Shown in pieces: positions 9,721 to 21,100 of a stretch of DNA of 64,000 nt. Position numbers and translations under genes: made by a program. Where the stretch lies: positions 62,001 to 126,000 of IMG/VR virus record IMGVR_UViG_3300032242_002041; one strand, given 5' to 3'. Numbering within the stretch: position 1 is the first letter of the stretch; each line of letters opens with the position of its first letter. The notes beneath the pieces were generated by a model that was not told the origin of the DNA, searched no databases, and saw nothing but the letters and a program-made list of their open reading frames with translations.

Positions 9721-11292
9721 ATGGCACAATTTAACTATACCCTTCCTTCTGGTGCACAATTTACCATGGAAGCTCCTGCGGGCACCACCCAAGATCGAGC
9801 TGATTATATTTTCTATAGTCAGGTGGCCGCCGGTGCATTAGTAGGATTTGTACCAGGACAAAGTATTCAAGGCGGCACAGCTACTTTAGTCAAATTTGAA
9901 CTGAGTAGATTAGATCGTGGTACTGCTGGAGTAGACGACTCAGTAATTTTGTCTATTGTTAACGGATTGGCCACAGTTAATACCGCAACAAATACAATTC
10001 CGTCTTTGATTAATACCCCGTTAACTAATCCTGTAACACGTGCCAGCATATCTGCTGTTGTCAGCGGCAGCCGCACTGCTGGATCTGGATTTACAGCACC
10101 AGCTATAGGAGCATTATCTTCCGACCAAACACTGGCACTTATGGCTCAGGTAGCCGACTTAGTCAATCAACCTGCTTGTCAAATGACCAATGAGAAAGGA
10201 GTTGGCCAATATGGACTCAATTGCCAACAGTTAGAACAGGCTGGATATGTTAAACCTAACACTTATCAACAATTTTTACAAAATGGTTCTAGCACATTAG
10301 TTGATGCGTTGAGTGCTCCTGGTATATGGACAGGACTCGGCGGTATAAGTTCGTCAGACGATTTTCTTAATAATCCTTCTGCGCAGAATACAGCACAAGC
10401 CGCATTAATGAATAATAGTTATAATAGTTTACAAGCAGCTGGAGTAATTACAACTCCTACAGCACAAGGTCTTTCTGCAGTTGTTGGTCAAGTATATACA
10501 GGAACTACTGCAACACAAACAGCCGCAACAGTGACCAATATTGTTAATAGTCAAGTTGCAGCCTTGGTTACAAATTCAAGCCAATACGGAACACAACTTG
10601 CGTCACAATGGGCCAGTGGACTGCCACCGGTGACTAACCTTACTTCTAATTTAACTGGAATAGTAGGACAGCTAGGTACAGTCAGTCTAGCTTCAGCTCA
10701 AGATGCTATGAACGTTTTAGGAAAAGCTTCGCAATTTGCGTCGAGTGCTGCTAGTCCATTATCTAATTTAAGTTTGTCTAGTTTATCTAATCTTAGCGTT
10801 AGTGGCGTAGCTGACAAATTGGGAGCATCTGCTACAGCTCTAGCTGGACAAATTCAAGGACAAATAACAGGACAAGCTGCCGCATTAGCAGGACAAGCTA
10901 CCGCATTAGCCGGTCAGTTACAGGTCCAAGCAGGCGCATTAGTCAAACAAGCACAAGGTCAATTAAATTCGTTACTTGGCCAGGCCGATAGTTTGGTAGC
11001 AAGTGTGCAACAAGCTGCTGGATTTACTAACACAGTAAATCGTGCCACTGTGGACGTGGCCATGACTAAAATATTTGGTAGTGCAAAAATACCCACACCA
11101 AGTTTTGGAGTTCCAGATTCGGCCAGTATTGCTGCCGCACTTGATATTAGTAAAGCCCAAGCAATAGTAAAAAATCTCCAAGGCCAGGCCACAGGATTAG
11201 TTAACCAAGCACAAGGACTAGTTAATCAAGCACAAGGCCAGGCCAACAATTTAATAGACACAGCTAAAAATGCTGTAAATCTGAGAGTTTAA
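9721..11292 (+). CDS. Baseplate-associated protein with a possible lysozyme-like domain and A/Q-rich repeats
   Basis: Lies between gp5 and gp25; GVGQYGL..QQLEQAGY and WTGLGGI.S.DDFLNNP.AQ; 21-nt repeats near 10870 and 11190. Confidence 0.45.
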   Translation: MAQFNYTLPSGAQFTMEAPAGTTQDRADYIFYSQVAAGALVGFVPGQSIQGGTATLVKFELSRLDRGTAGVDDSVILSIVNGLATVNTATNTIPSLINTPLTNPVTRASISAVVSGSRTAGSGFTAPAIGALSSDQTLALMAQVADLVNQPACQMTNEKGVGQYGLNCQQLEQAGYVKPNTYQQFLQNGSSTLVDALSAPGIWTGLGGISSSDDFLNNPSAQNTAQAALMNNSYNSLQAAGVITTPTAQGLSAVVGQVYTGTTATQTAATVTNIVNSQVAALVTNSSQYGTQLASQWASGLPPVTNLTSNLTGIVGQLGTVSLASAQDAMNVLGKASQFASSAASPLSNLSLSSLSNLSVSGVADKLGASATALAGQIQGQITGQAAALAGQATALAGQLQVQAGALVKQAQGQLNSLLGQADSLVASVQQAAGFTNTVNRATVDVAMTKIFGSAKIPTPSFGVPDSASIAAALDISKAQAIVKNLQGQATGLVNQAQGLVNQAQGQANNLIDTAKNAVNLRV

Positions 11293-11295
11293 TAG

Positions 11296-11303
11296 AGTAA
11301 ATA
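11296..11303 (+). promoter_or_regulatory. Late promoter AGTAAATA
   Basis: TAAATA 4 nt before the gp25 ATG. Confidence 0.6.
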
Positions 11304-11307
11304 CAAG

Positions 11308-11682
11308 ATGCCTACATTTATTGGATTTAACACTATACGTCAAAATAAAAAATTTACTGCTGTAGATTTTGACCTAATTAAAATTGACCTGCTTAATGCC
11401 TTTAACATTAGGCAGGGCGAGTTACCTGGCCGTCCTGGGTATGGCACTGTGATTTGGAACTACTTGTTTGAAGGCCAGACAGTGGAAACACAAACAGTCA
11501 TAACTGAAGAAATACAACGTGTATGCGGCGGAGATCCTAGAATATTTGTCAGTGGCATGCAGATGTTTCCGCAACAAAATGGTATTTTAATACAGTTAGG
11601 AATAGCAGTAGTGCCTAGCACTCAGGCACAACAGTTGAGCATATTTTTTGATCAACAACAACGCTCAGCGTCCTACGTTTAA
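11308..11682 (+). CDS. gp25: Baseplate wedge subunit gp25-like
   Basis: DLLNAFNIRQGE.PGRPGYGT.IW.YLFE and DPRI motifs, 124 aa. Confidence 0.88.
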   Translation: MPTFIGFNTIRQNKKFTAVDFDLIKIDLLNAFNIRQGELPGRPGYGTVIWNYLFEGQTVETQTVITEEIQRVCGGDPRIFVSGMQMFPQQNGILIQLGIAVVPSTQAQQLSIFFDQQQRSASYV

Positions 11683-11701
11683 CTACCCAGTTTATTGTAT
11701 T

Positions 11702-11709
11702 GGTAAATA
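11702..11709 (+). promoter_or_regulatory. Late promoter GGTAAATA
   Basis: Intergenic, followed by AGGA and the gp6 ATG. Confidence 0.65.
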
Positions 11710-11727
11710 CTAAAACTAGGAACATTT

Positions 11728-14700
11728 ATGGCCACTACCTCAAGACAAACTGCAATTTTTGGAGTTGAAGATTGGAAACAGATCTATCAAACTTACCAAG
11801 AAGCCAACTTTCAAAGCTATGATTTTGAAACATTGCGTAAGAGTTTTGTGGACTATTTGCGCCTGTATTATCCAGAGACTTTTAATGATTACATTGAAAG
11901 TTCAGAATTTATTGCCCTGCTTGATGTTATGGCCTTTATGGGTCAGTCACTGGCTTTCCGTACCGACTTAAACACCAGAGAAAATTACTTAGATACCGCT
12001 GAACGACGTGACTCAGTTGTTCGTTTAGCTAACCTTGTTAGCTATACTCCCAGACGCAATACAGAAGCGTCAGGCTATCTTAAAGTTTTTAGCGTAAGCA
12101 CTACAGAAAACATCACAGACTATAACGGAGTTAATCTAGCTAATCTTACAGTAAACTGGGCTGACCCTACAAACCTTGATTGGCAAGAACAGTTTACTAC
12201 AATACTCAACGCAACACTTGTTAACACACAGAAGTTTGGTAATCCAGGCAACGATCAAGTTATCCTAGGAGTTGATACTCAAGAATATACTATTAATTTG
12301 GTTCCAGGATACTTGCCAGTAATTCCTTATACTTCTACAATCGACACAGTGAATATGCCATTTGAAGTGGTTAACAGTACTAGTGTAGGACAAAATTATG
12401 TTTACGAACCGCCACCGCTTCCAAACGGACAATTCAATATACTATTTAGAAATGATCAACAAGGGTACTTGAGTGCCAATACCGGATTTTTCTTTTTGTT
12501 CAAACAAGGTGTGTTACAAAATCAAGATTTTAATTTACCAGAGCGTATAACCAATCGTGCTGTGGCTGTTAACATCGAAGGCATCAACAACACCGATGTT
12601 TGGCTTTATCAGTTAGACAATCTAGGAAACGTTTCTAACTATTGGCAACGAGTTCAAAGTGTTTATTCAGCCGCGGTAGAGCAACTGGCACCAGGTACAA
12701 AAAATATTTACAGTGTAGCCAGTCGTACCAACGATCAGATCACTTTAAACTTTGGCGACGGAATATTCAGCACAATTCCTGTGGGCACTTTCCGTACTTA
12801 CGTTCGCGCCAGTAACGGTCTACAATATATTATTAATCCAGTGGAAATGCAAAGTATAACTGTACCTATTAGTTATGTAAGCCGTACTGGACAAATTGAA
12901 ACAATTACATTTACCTGCGGTATTACTCAGCCGGTAACAAATGCCCAGGCACGTGAAACTATTGCAGAAATCAAACAACGTGCCCCTGCGCAATACTACA
13001 CACAAAATCGTATGGTCAATGGCGAAGACTACAGCCAATTTCCGTTTACACAGTATAACAGTATTCTTAAAAGTACTGCTGTTAATCGTGCGTCAATTGG
13101 AACCAGCCGATATCTTGACCTAGTAGATGGCACTGGCAAATATTCTAGTACTGATATTTTTGCCAGCGACGGTGCTCTATGGAAATCCAATGATTTATAT
13201 ACATTCCAATTTAGTTGGTTAACCTCCAATGATATTAGTAATGCGGTGATTAATCAAATTAACCCATTGACCCAGAGAGCTGGACTACAACAGTTTTACT
13301 ATGCCAATTTTCCACGTCCTACGTTGGCATCGTTGAATTTGACCTGGCATCAAAGTACAGTAATTACTAATGAAACCACTGGATATTTTCAAAATGCGCA
13401 AGGTAATCCGGTGCCGGTCGGTAGTTATGCCAGCGACAATACCAAATATATTACACAAGGTAGCCTGGTACAATTTGCAGCTCCTAGTGGATATTATTTT
13501 AATAACGAAAATCAACTGGTAGTTGGCGCACCAACCAAAGCCGACGATAAACTTACTATCTGGGCAGCTCCTACTGCGGTTTATCTGTCAGGAACTGCAC
13601 AGGGCTTGGGCAACTTACCGTCGGGCATTGGCCCTGTGGTATTAAATGCATTTGTTCCAACAGGCGCCATACCCGTTCAGGTAATTCCACTGTTTGTTAC
13701 AGATATTCCTGTGAGCATTCAACAGAGTGTTGTTGAACAAATTGCTCTTAGTCAAAACTTTGGCTTAGGCTACAATAATCTTACTGCAACTTGGTATGTT
13801 ATTACCTCCAATAATCTTGCAGTAAATGCCACATTTAGTTTAACTAATGCACAAAGCACAGCCGGAACTAATAGTGATGCCAGCTGGTTAGTTCAGGCAA
13901 CCTTTGATGGTGCCGCCTATACTGTAGTTTCAAGAAGTTTAGACTACTTTTTTGGCAGTGTATTGCAAACAAGATTTTTCTTTTATACCAGTGATCCTAT
14001 CTACGACAGTAGAACAGGAACTGTGATACGTGACTATGTAAATGTATTAAAAATTAATAGTCTTCCTGACACGTCGGTTCCAATCGGCATAGACAATCGA
14101 TTAACCATTATTGATCAACCTGTACTCAGCGACGGCCTGGTAGACGATTTCCAAGTGGTAGTAAGTTTTGCCAAGTCGCCAGGCGACCTTACACCAATCA
14201 ATCCAGATTTCTTTGACGACATTGTGGCTCCTACAGTCAACGCCAATCACAAATACGTATTCTTCCAGGCCACAGTGGACTTTGATAATTTACAACGTTA
14301 CCTGCTGATAGAAGCTGGTATAGTCAACAGTGATTATCCAACTCTTGCAAGTATACAGGCAGTACAAACGCAATATGTTGTGGGTCAAGTTTTTTATGCC
14401 TACGCTCAAACAACCAACAGTGCGCTGACACCCACATTTTATGTTCTTGGCGTAGATAGTTTAGGCAACCCAACGTTAACTCCAAACAATAGTTATTTGG
14501 CCAAAACAGGCCGCCAGGACTTATATTTCCAATATCGTCACAACAGTCCATTGACCAGTCGGATTGATCCTGGATCTACAAACATTATTGACCTATATGT
14601 AGTAACCAATGCTTACCACACAGCTTATATCAATTGGTTGCAAGATACCACTGGCACTGTCGCAAAACCAGAACAGCCCACAATTGATCAATTGAACACC

Positions 14701-15153
14701 GCTTACCAAGGCTTACAAAACTATAAGATGATATCAGATAATATGATCCTTAACAGCGTAGATTTTCAACCCTTGTTTGGACAAAAAGCAGATCCAGCAT
14801 TGAGAGCTACAATCAAAGTGATCCGTGCTTCTGGCAGTACAGCCAGTACTAGCACTATTAAAAATTTAGTAGTGGCCAACATAAATGCTTATTTTGATAT
14901 TGCTAATTGGAACTTTGGAGACACTTTTTACTTTAGTGAATTAAGTGCTTACCTACACCAAAATATTGGTAATGTAGTTAGCTCTATAGTATTAGTTCCG
15001 TTGAACCAACAAAAGAGTTTTGGTGATCTATACGAAATTCGATGCGCACCAAATCAAATTTTTGTCAACGGCGCAACAGTTAATGACATTGAAGTGATTA
15101 CTGCCTTAACCAGTACCAATTTGCAAACTGCACCCGGTAGTGGAGTAATTTAA
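11728..15153 (+). CDS. gp6: Baseplate wedge subunit gp6-like (enlarged, 1141 aa)
   Basis: DFETLR, FNDYIESSEF..LLD..A, ENYLDTAERRDSV, FGDG, ETIAEIKQRAP and QNRMVNGEDY are gp6/baseplate J motifs. Confidence 0.88.
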   Translation: MATTSRQTAIFGVEDWKQIYQTYQEANFQSYDFETLRKSFVDYLRLYYPETFNDYIESSEFIALLDVMAFMGQSLAFRTDLNTRENYLDTAERRDSVVRLANLVSYTPRRNTEASGYLKVFSVSTTENITDYNGVNLANLTVNWADPTNLDWQEQFTTILNATLVNTQKFGNPGNDQVILGVDTQEYTINLVPGYLPVIPYTSTIDTVNMPFEVVNSTSVGQNYVYEPPPLPNGQFNILFRNDQQGYLSANTGFFFLFKQGVLQNQDFNLPERITNRAVAVNIEGINNTDVWLYQLDNLGNVSNYWQRVQSVYSAAVEQLAPGTKNIYSVASRTNDQITLNFGDGIFSTIPVGTFRTYVRASNGLQYIINPVEMQSITVPISYVSRTGQIETITFTCGITQPVTNAQARETIAEIKQRAPAQYYTQNRMVNGEDYSQFPFTQYNSILKSTAVNRASIGTSRYLDLVDGTGKYSSTDIFASDGALWKSNDLYTFQFSWLTSNDISNAVINQINPLTQRAGLQQFYYANFPRPTLASLNLTWHQSTVITNETTGYFQNAQGNPVPVGSYASDNTKYITQGSLVQFAAPSGYYFNNENQLVVGAPTKADDKLTIWAAPTAVYLSGTAQGLGNLPSGIGPVVLNAFVPTGAIPVQVIPLFVTDIPVSIQQSVVEQIALSQNFGLGYNNLTATWYVITSNNLAVNATFSLTNAQSTAGTNSDASWLVQATFDGAAYTVVSRSLDYFFGSVLQTRFFFYTSDPIYDSRTGTVIRDYVNVLKINSLPDTSVPIGIDNRLTIIDQPVLSDGLVDDFQVVVSFAKSPGDLTPINPDFFDDIVAPTVNANHKYVFFQATVDFDNLQRYLLIEAGIVNSDYPTLASIQAVQTQYVVGQVFYAYAQTTNSALTPTFYVLGVDSLGNPTLTPNNSYLAKTGRQDLYFQYRHNSPLTSRIDPGSTNIIDLYVVTNAYHTAYINWLQDTTGTVAKPEQPTIDQLNTAYQGLQNYKMISDNMILNSVDFQPLFGQKADPALRATIKVIRASGSTASTSTIKNLVVANINAYFDIANWNFGDTFYFSELSAYLHQNIGNVVSSIVLVPLNQQKSFGDLYEIRCAPNQIFVNGATVNDIEVITALTSTNLQTAPGSGVI

Positions 15154-18100
15154 TGGCCAAACAAGTTCGAAGTGTAGAGTTTTTACCGGCGATATTCCAA
15201 ACCCCAATCAACGATCAGTTTTTGTCGGCTACACTGGATCAGTTGATCCAGAATCCTCAGTTTACACAAACGCAAGGTTTTATTGGACGCCGAGTTGGCC
15301 CTGGAGTCAATGCCAATGACAAGTATGTCGTTGAACCAACTAAAATTCGCAACAATTATCAATTAGAACCCGGAGTAGCACAATTAAATCCCACAGATAG
15401 TCATCGAGTTGTAGATGTCATCACTTATCCTGGCATTAACGATGCACTAAAATTACAAGGTGCCTACACCGACAACGCCGACAGACTTTATAACAGTGAC
15501 TATTATACCTGGGATCCGTTTGTTGACTTTGATAAATTTGTAAACTACGCTCAATACTATTGGTTACCAGGCGGCCCATTGGCCGTGGATGTGTCGTCCG
15601 AAGGTGTCCCGTTTACAGACAGTTTTACGGTAACTCGAGCCAATGGAGCTTATACATTTTCGGGCGTTGAGGGTGATAATCCTACACTTACTTTAGCCCG
15701 TACGGGCAGATATACTTTTAATGTAGCGCAAAATCAACAAGAGACAGCTAATTTTCGTGTTACTAATAATGGAACAAGTAGTTGGAATATAAATTATTCT
15801 CCAAATCCTACCCTAACGTTAGTACGTGGTGGCACTTATAATTTTAATCTAATACAGACTTTTCCTTGGGCATTTTATTTTAAAACTAAACTCAGTCTTG
15901 GAACTACCAACATATATTCCAACGGCGTGTTTAACAACGGAGCCGGATCAAATTTAATTACATTCACTGTGCCACAAGATGCTCCGGATACCTTGTACTA
16001 TTGTAATGACTTAGAAATTAATCTGCGCGGACAAATCAATATTATTGATGGTACTCCTGGTACCGGCGACGGATTCTGGATTCAAACAGATCCAGGAGTC
16101 AATGGCCGTATCCCTACAACGCCCAATATCAGTAGCAGAAACGTACTTGGTGTTACCAATAACGGAATTGATTTGGGTACAGTTACTTTTAATGTACCAT
16201 CGGCCACAGCTCAGGATTTTTACTTTAATATGCCTAACATTGGCCAGGTAGATTTAATCACCACATTACAGTTTGATCAAATTAACAATCAGCTTGTAGA
16301 TATATTTTTAGAGAATAACCCTGATGGTATCGACGGAATTACAAATTTACAAAATCGTACCATAGCATTTATTACACAGAATTCAGATCCCGGCACTGGT
16401 GGATGGCAACAAGCTACATTCTTTGACCCATTACTTAATGCAGGTAATGTAGAAAGTGGCGCAGGATCTTATGATTCTACTACATTTGCCGAGACTACAT
16501 TTATCACTGATCCAGCAACACAGTATGGTGTGTGGCGCATACAATATCTGACTGCCGAAACTGGTGACATTTACATGTCCTTGCAATTTGTACAAAATGT
16601 AGAACTTGACAATAAGTTTACAGTTGGGTTTGGCAAAGAATACGCTAGTACCAGTTGGTACAAAGATAGCAGTGGATTCTTTAGTGAAATTCCTTTGCTT
16701 ACCGCTGACCGGAGTTTGTTATTTTATCAAGACGGCACAGATCCAAATATATTTGGGCGAATTCGCATAATCAATCAACAGACATCCACCACATTAAACG
16801 TTGACGAAATTATTGGATTGCCTACTTATACTAGTCCCAACGGTGTTATTTTTACCAATGGTATGAAGGTAGTGTTTCGCGGTGATGTTTACCCTGCGTC
16901 GTACCAAAATAATGAATACTATGTAGAAGGGGTAGGAACAGCAATTCGACTATTGCCTGTGGGTAATTTTGTAACTCCTGAGACTTATACCGTAGGAGCA
17001 AGTATACCCTATGACTCAACTCTTTACGACTCAGGAAACTTTGATGGTGACTTAAATCAACCTGTAGTTCCAGATTATCTTACAGTAAATCGCGCAAGTT
17101 TAGATCTTAATGCTTGGACTCGTAGTAATCGTTGGTTCCATATTGATGTAATCAATGCTAGTGCAGCATATAATAATACTACTCCAATTTTAGACAACAA
17201 TTTCCGTGCTCGCAGACCTATCTTAGAATTTCGTGCCGGCACAAGATTATTTGATTTTGGAACTGAGGGCCTACAACCGGTCAACATTATTGACTTTACA
17301 CAAACCGATGCCTTAAGCAATGTTGAAGGATCTGTTGGTTATAGTACCGATGGATACACGTTGTTAAATGGAAGTACAATTATTTTTGCTGCAGATCAAG
17401 ATCCTGAAGTACGCAAAACAGTTTACAGGGTTGAGTTTATTACTCCAGATACCGTGCCACCGTTGATTCCAGAACCTATAATTGTGCTAACTCCAATTGC
17501 AACAGCCGTGGCAGACCAGACTGTGGTTGTTTTAAGTGGCACCACTGAGCAAGGTATGTCTTGTTACTACAGTGGTGTTGATTGGTCACCGCCACCAAAG
17601 ATTTGGGTCACTACATCGGGTACCACACGTCTTGCAGGATCAACAGCAGTTGATAGTGCATACGCGACCAGAGTGATTCAAGAAGGCTTGGAAGCAGCTC
17701 AACAAAAGATCAGCGTAAATCAACCTCCTTTGTTTAATATCTATGATAGTAATGGAATTAGCTTTGGTAACCGACTGGTATACTCTAGTTCAAACTTCAA
17801 CGGCAGTCCTTTGTTCAGCTATGCCATTGGTAATGCCGCTCCTGATCTTGTATTAGGATTTCCATTAACATATTTGAGTTTGACTAATCTTGGTGATATT
17901 GTTTTTGACAATAATTTTTACAAAGATTCTTTTACCTATACCATTAACAGTACAGGAAAAACTGTTGAACTTAGTACTGGGTTTGTACGTCAATACAGCA
18001 CTAGAGTCATATCTAAACGAGAGATTGGCTGGCAAACTGCCGTTACAACCAGCTTAGTTCGTCAACAGTTTCAGTTTACCTATGACGGAAGTCCTTTACA

Positions 18101-21100
18101 ATTAGATGTAGCAGTTAATAATAATACTACCGTTCCTGCTGTACAAATATTTGCCAATGGTCAGTTCCAAGAAGCCTACAACTATCAGTACACTGTTGGC
18201 ACCAACACCACTACTATCAATCTATTAACTACCTATGTGCCGGGTGATTTGATTGAAGTTGTAGTACTCAGTGATCAAGTTAGTGCAACAGGTTTTTACC
18301 AAGTGCCTATGAACTTGTCTAATAATCCATTGAATGGCAACAGTAATCAATTTACTCTGGGTACCATACGCAATCATTACACCAGCATAGCTGAAAATTT
18401 AATAAACTTGTCAGGTCCTGTCATTGGTGCCAACAATACTAGAGACCTAGGTAATATTGTACCTTATGGTTTACAAATCCTACAACAAAGTTCGCCTGCA
18501 ACCCTGACCGGTTACTTCATGCGCGATGCCAACTATGATATTTTTGCCGCGTTGGCCTATAACAGCACAGAATACATTAAATTTAAATCACAGTTGTTAA
18601 ATGCTGTGACCACATTTGGCATTGCTGATTATGATAACTGGACAGTGGCTCAACTATTAGATGCTAGTATTGCTCAAATAACCGCAGGCAGAACCAACCT
18701 CAATTCGTTCTACTGGAGCGACATGTTGCCCACCGGTACAGCGTTTATCTCCAATAGTTACACAGTTAATCCTATAACTACCAATAAATTTAATACGGTA
18801 CAAACTTACAATTTTACAGAATCAAATTATCTAGGATTGTGCGTATATGTTAACAATCGATTATTGACTCGCGAATACGAATATGTAGTTTCTACAGAAG
18901 GTCCTACCCTGACTGTTACTATACCGTTGTCAGTGACTGATGTAGTTACAATCAATGAGTACTCTGACACCGCTGGCAATTTTGTACCTAACACTCCTAC
19001 CAAGCTAGGACTATATCCCAAGTATGAACCTAAGATTTTCTTAGATGTAGACTATGTTAATCCTACTCCTGTAATTCAAGGACACGACGGATCAATCACA
19101 GTAGCATTTGGTGATATACGTGACCAAGTATTATTAGAATTTGAACAACGTATTTTTAGTAATCTTAAAAATGATGGCAATCCTCCTCCACTGGTTGCAG
19201 AAGATGTAATCCCAGGTCAGTTCCGCACTACAGATTATACCCAAGCAGAAGTTAATCAAATTCTTGGAGAAAACTTTTTGGCCTGGGCTGGTGCAAATAA
19301 AATAGATTATACTGCACAAACTTACATAGCCAATAACGAATTCACTTATAATTACAGTCAATCTAGTAATCGTCTTGATACCGGTACTCCATTACTGGGT
19401 GCATGGCGTGGAATTTATCGTTGGTTCTACGATACATTGACTCCTAATCTCACACCTTGGGAAATGTTGGGATTTAGTGAAATGCCCGTGTGGTGGACTG
19501 ATCGTTATGGTCCTGTACCTTATACCGCTGATAACTTAGTACTGTGGGGAGATCTTGAGCTAGGGCTGGTTGCAGATCCTGTGGCACCTTACATTATACC
19601 TAAGTATCGTCGCCCTGGATTAACTTCGGTGATCCCTGTTGACAGCCAAGGTCAGCTAATCGCACCTTTCTACAGTGTAATGGGCGCATACAATCCTCAA
19701 GGTTTTCAGAAGAGCTGGCAAGTAGGCGACGGTGGACCGGTTGAAGCTTCGTGGTGGTCAAGTTCCAGTTACCCATTTGCTGTCATGCGCTTACTGGTCT
19801 TAACACGTCCGGCAGAATTCTTTAGCCTATTTGCTGATCGCGACTTGTATCGTTATAGTGCCGAGTTTGATCAATATCTATATAACGGTCGTTATAGAAT
19901 ACAACCACAGAACATTGAAGTTTATGGTAATGGTGTTAGTAAAGCCAGTTATATTAACTGGATTGTAGATTACAATCAACAATTGGCAATGAACAGTACT
20001 GATGCACTGACCACAGACTTGGCCAATCTTGACGTTAGACTATGCTATCGTGCTGCATCATTTGTAGCACAACAAAATTTGAAATTATATTTAGAAAAAA
20101 GCGCCCCACAGAGTCAAAACGATAGTTTACTAATTCCTCCAGAAAGTTATAACCTATTACTGTACAAAAATCAACCGTTCAATCGAATTGATTATAGTGC
20201 TGTTATTGTAGAAGTGGTCGACGGTGGATATAGCATATATGGGTACAGCACCACAAATCCTTATTTTAATATCTCGGTCAGTAAAGTAGCTGGCCTCACA
20301 CAAACAATCACGGCTGGAAATATTAGTGTTACAGTTCCAAGTCAATATAGTGGACAAGTAGCACAAATACCTTATGGTTATACATTTACTAGTCTGGCCA
20401 GTGTGGTTGATTTTCTGTTAAGTTATGGCGATTATCTTAAAAATCAAGGCCTTACATTTATTACCCAAGAAAATGGCTATACCTTAAACTGGCTACAAAT
20501 GGCACAAGAGTTTGTGTACTTTGCCAATCAAGGTTGGGCCAACGGTACTATTATCAATTTGAATCCATCAGCCACTCAGGCTATTGCACTGAGGCCAGGT
20601 TCTGTTGTAGATTCTATTGTAACCTATACTCCAGAAAATTTAATTAAAGATCAAAATCGTCAGGCACTTAACACTAGAGATTTAATTGTGTTTAGACAAG
20701 GAAACTTATTCAGGGTGAATCCGGCACCAGGTGGCAATCAAACCATCAGTTACTTACAATTAAAATTTACTGACTATGAAGACATAGTAGTTTTAGATAA
20801 TCGTACTATTTTCAATGATTTAATTTATAATACTGTAACTGCTGAAAGACAAAATCGCCTTCGATTAAATGCTGCTACAAGTACTCAATGGAATGGTACA
20901 TTAAATGCTCAAGGATTTATTTTAAATCAAAATAATGTAGTAGCCTGGAAATCCAATACCAACTACACCAAGGGTGATATTGTTATCTATAAAAATAATT
21001 ATTGGCAAGCGTCAAACATTGTACAACCCAAAGAAACATTTGACTACACAGATTGGTATAAGAGCAATTACGACCGCATTGAGCAAGGCTTATTACAAAA

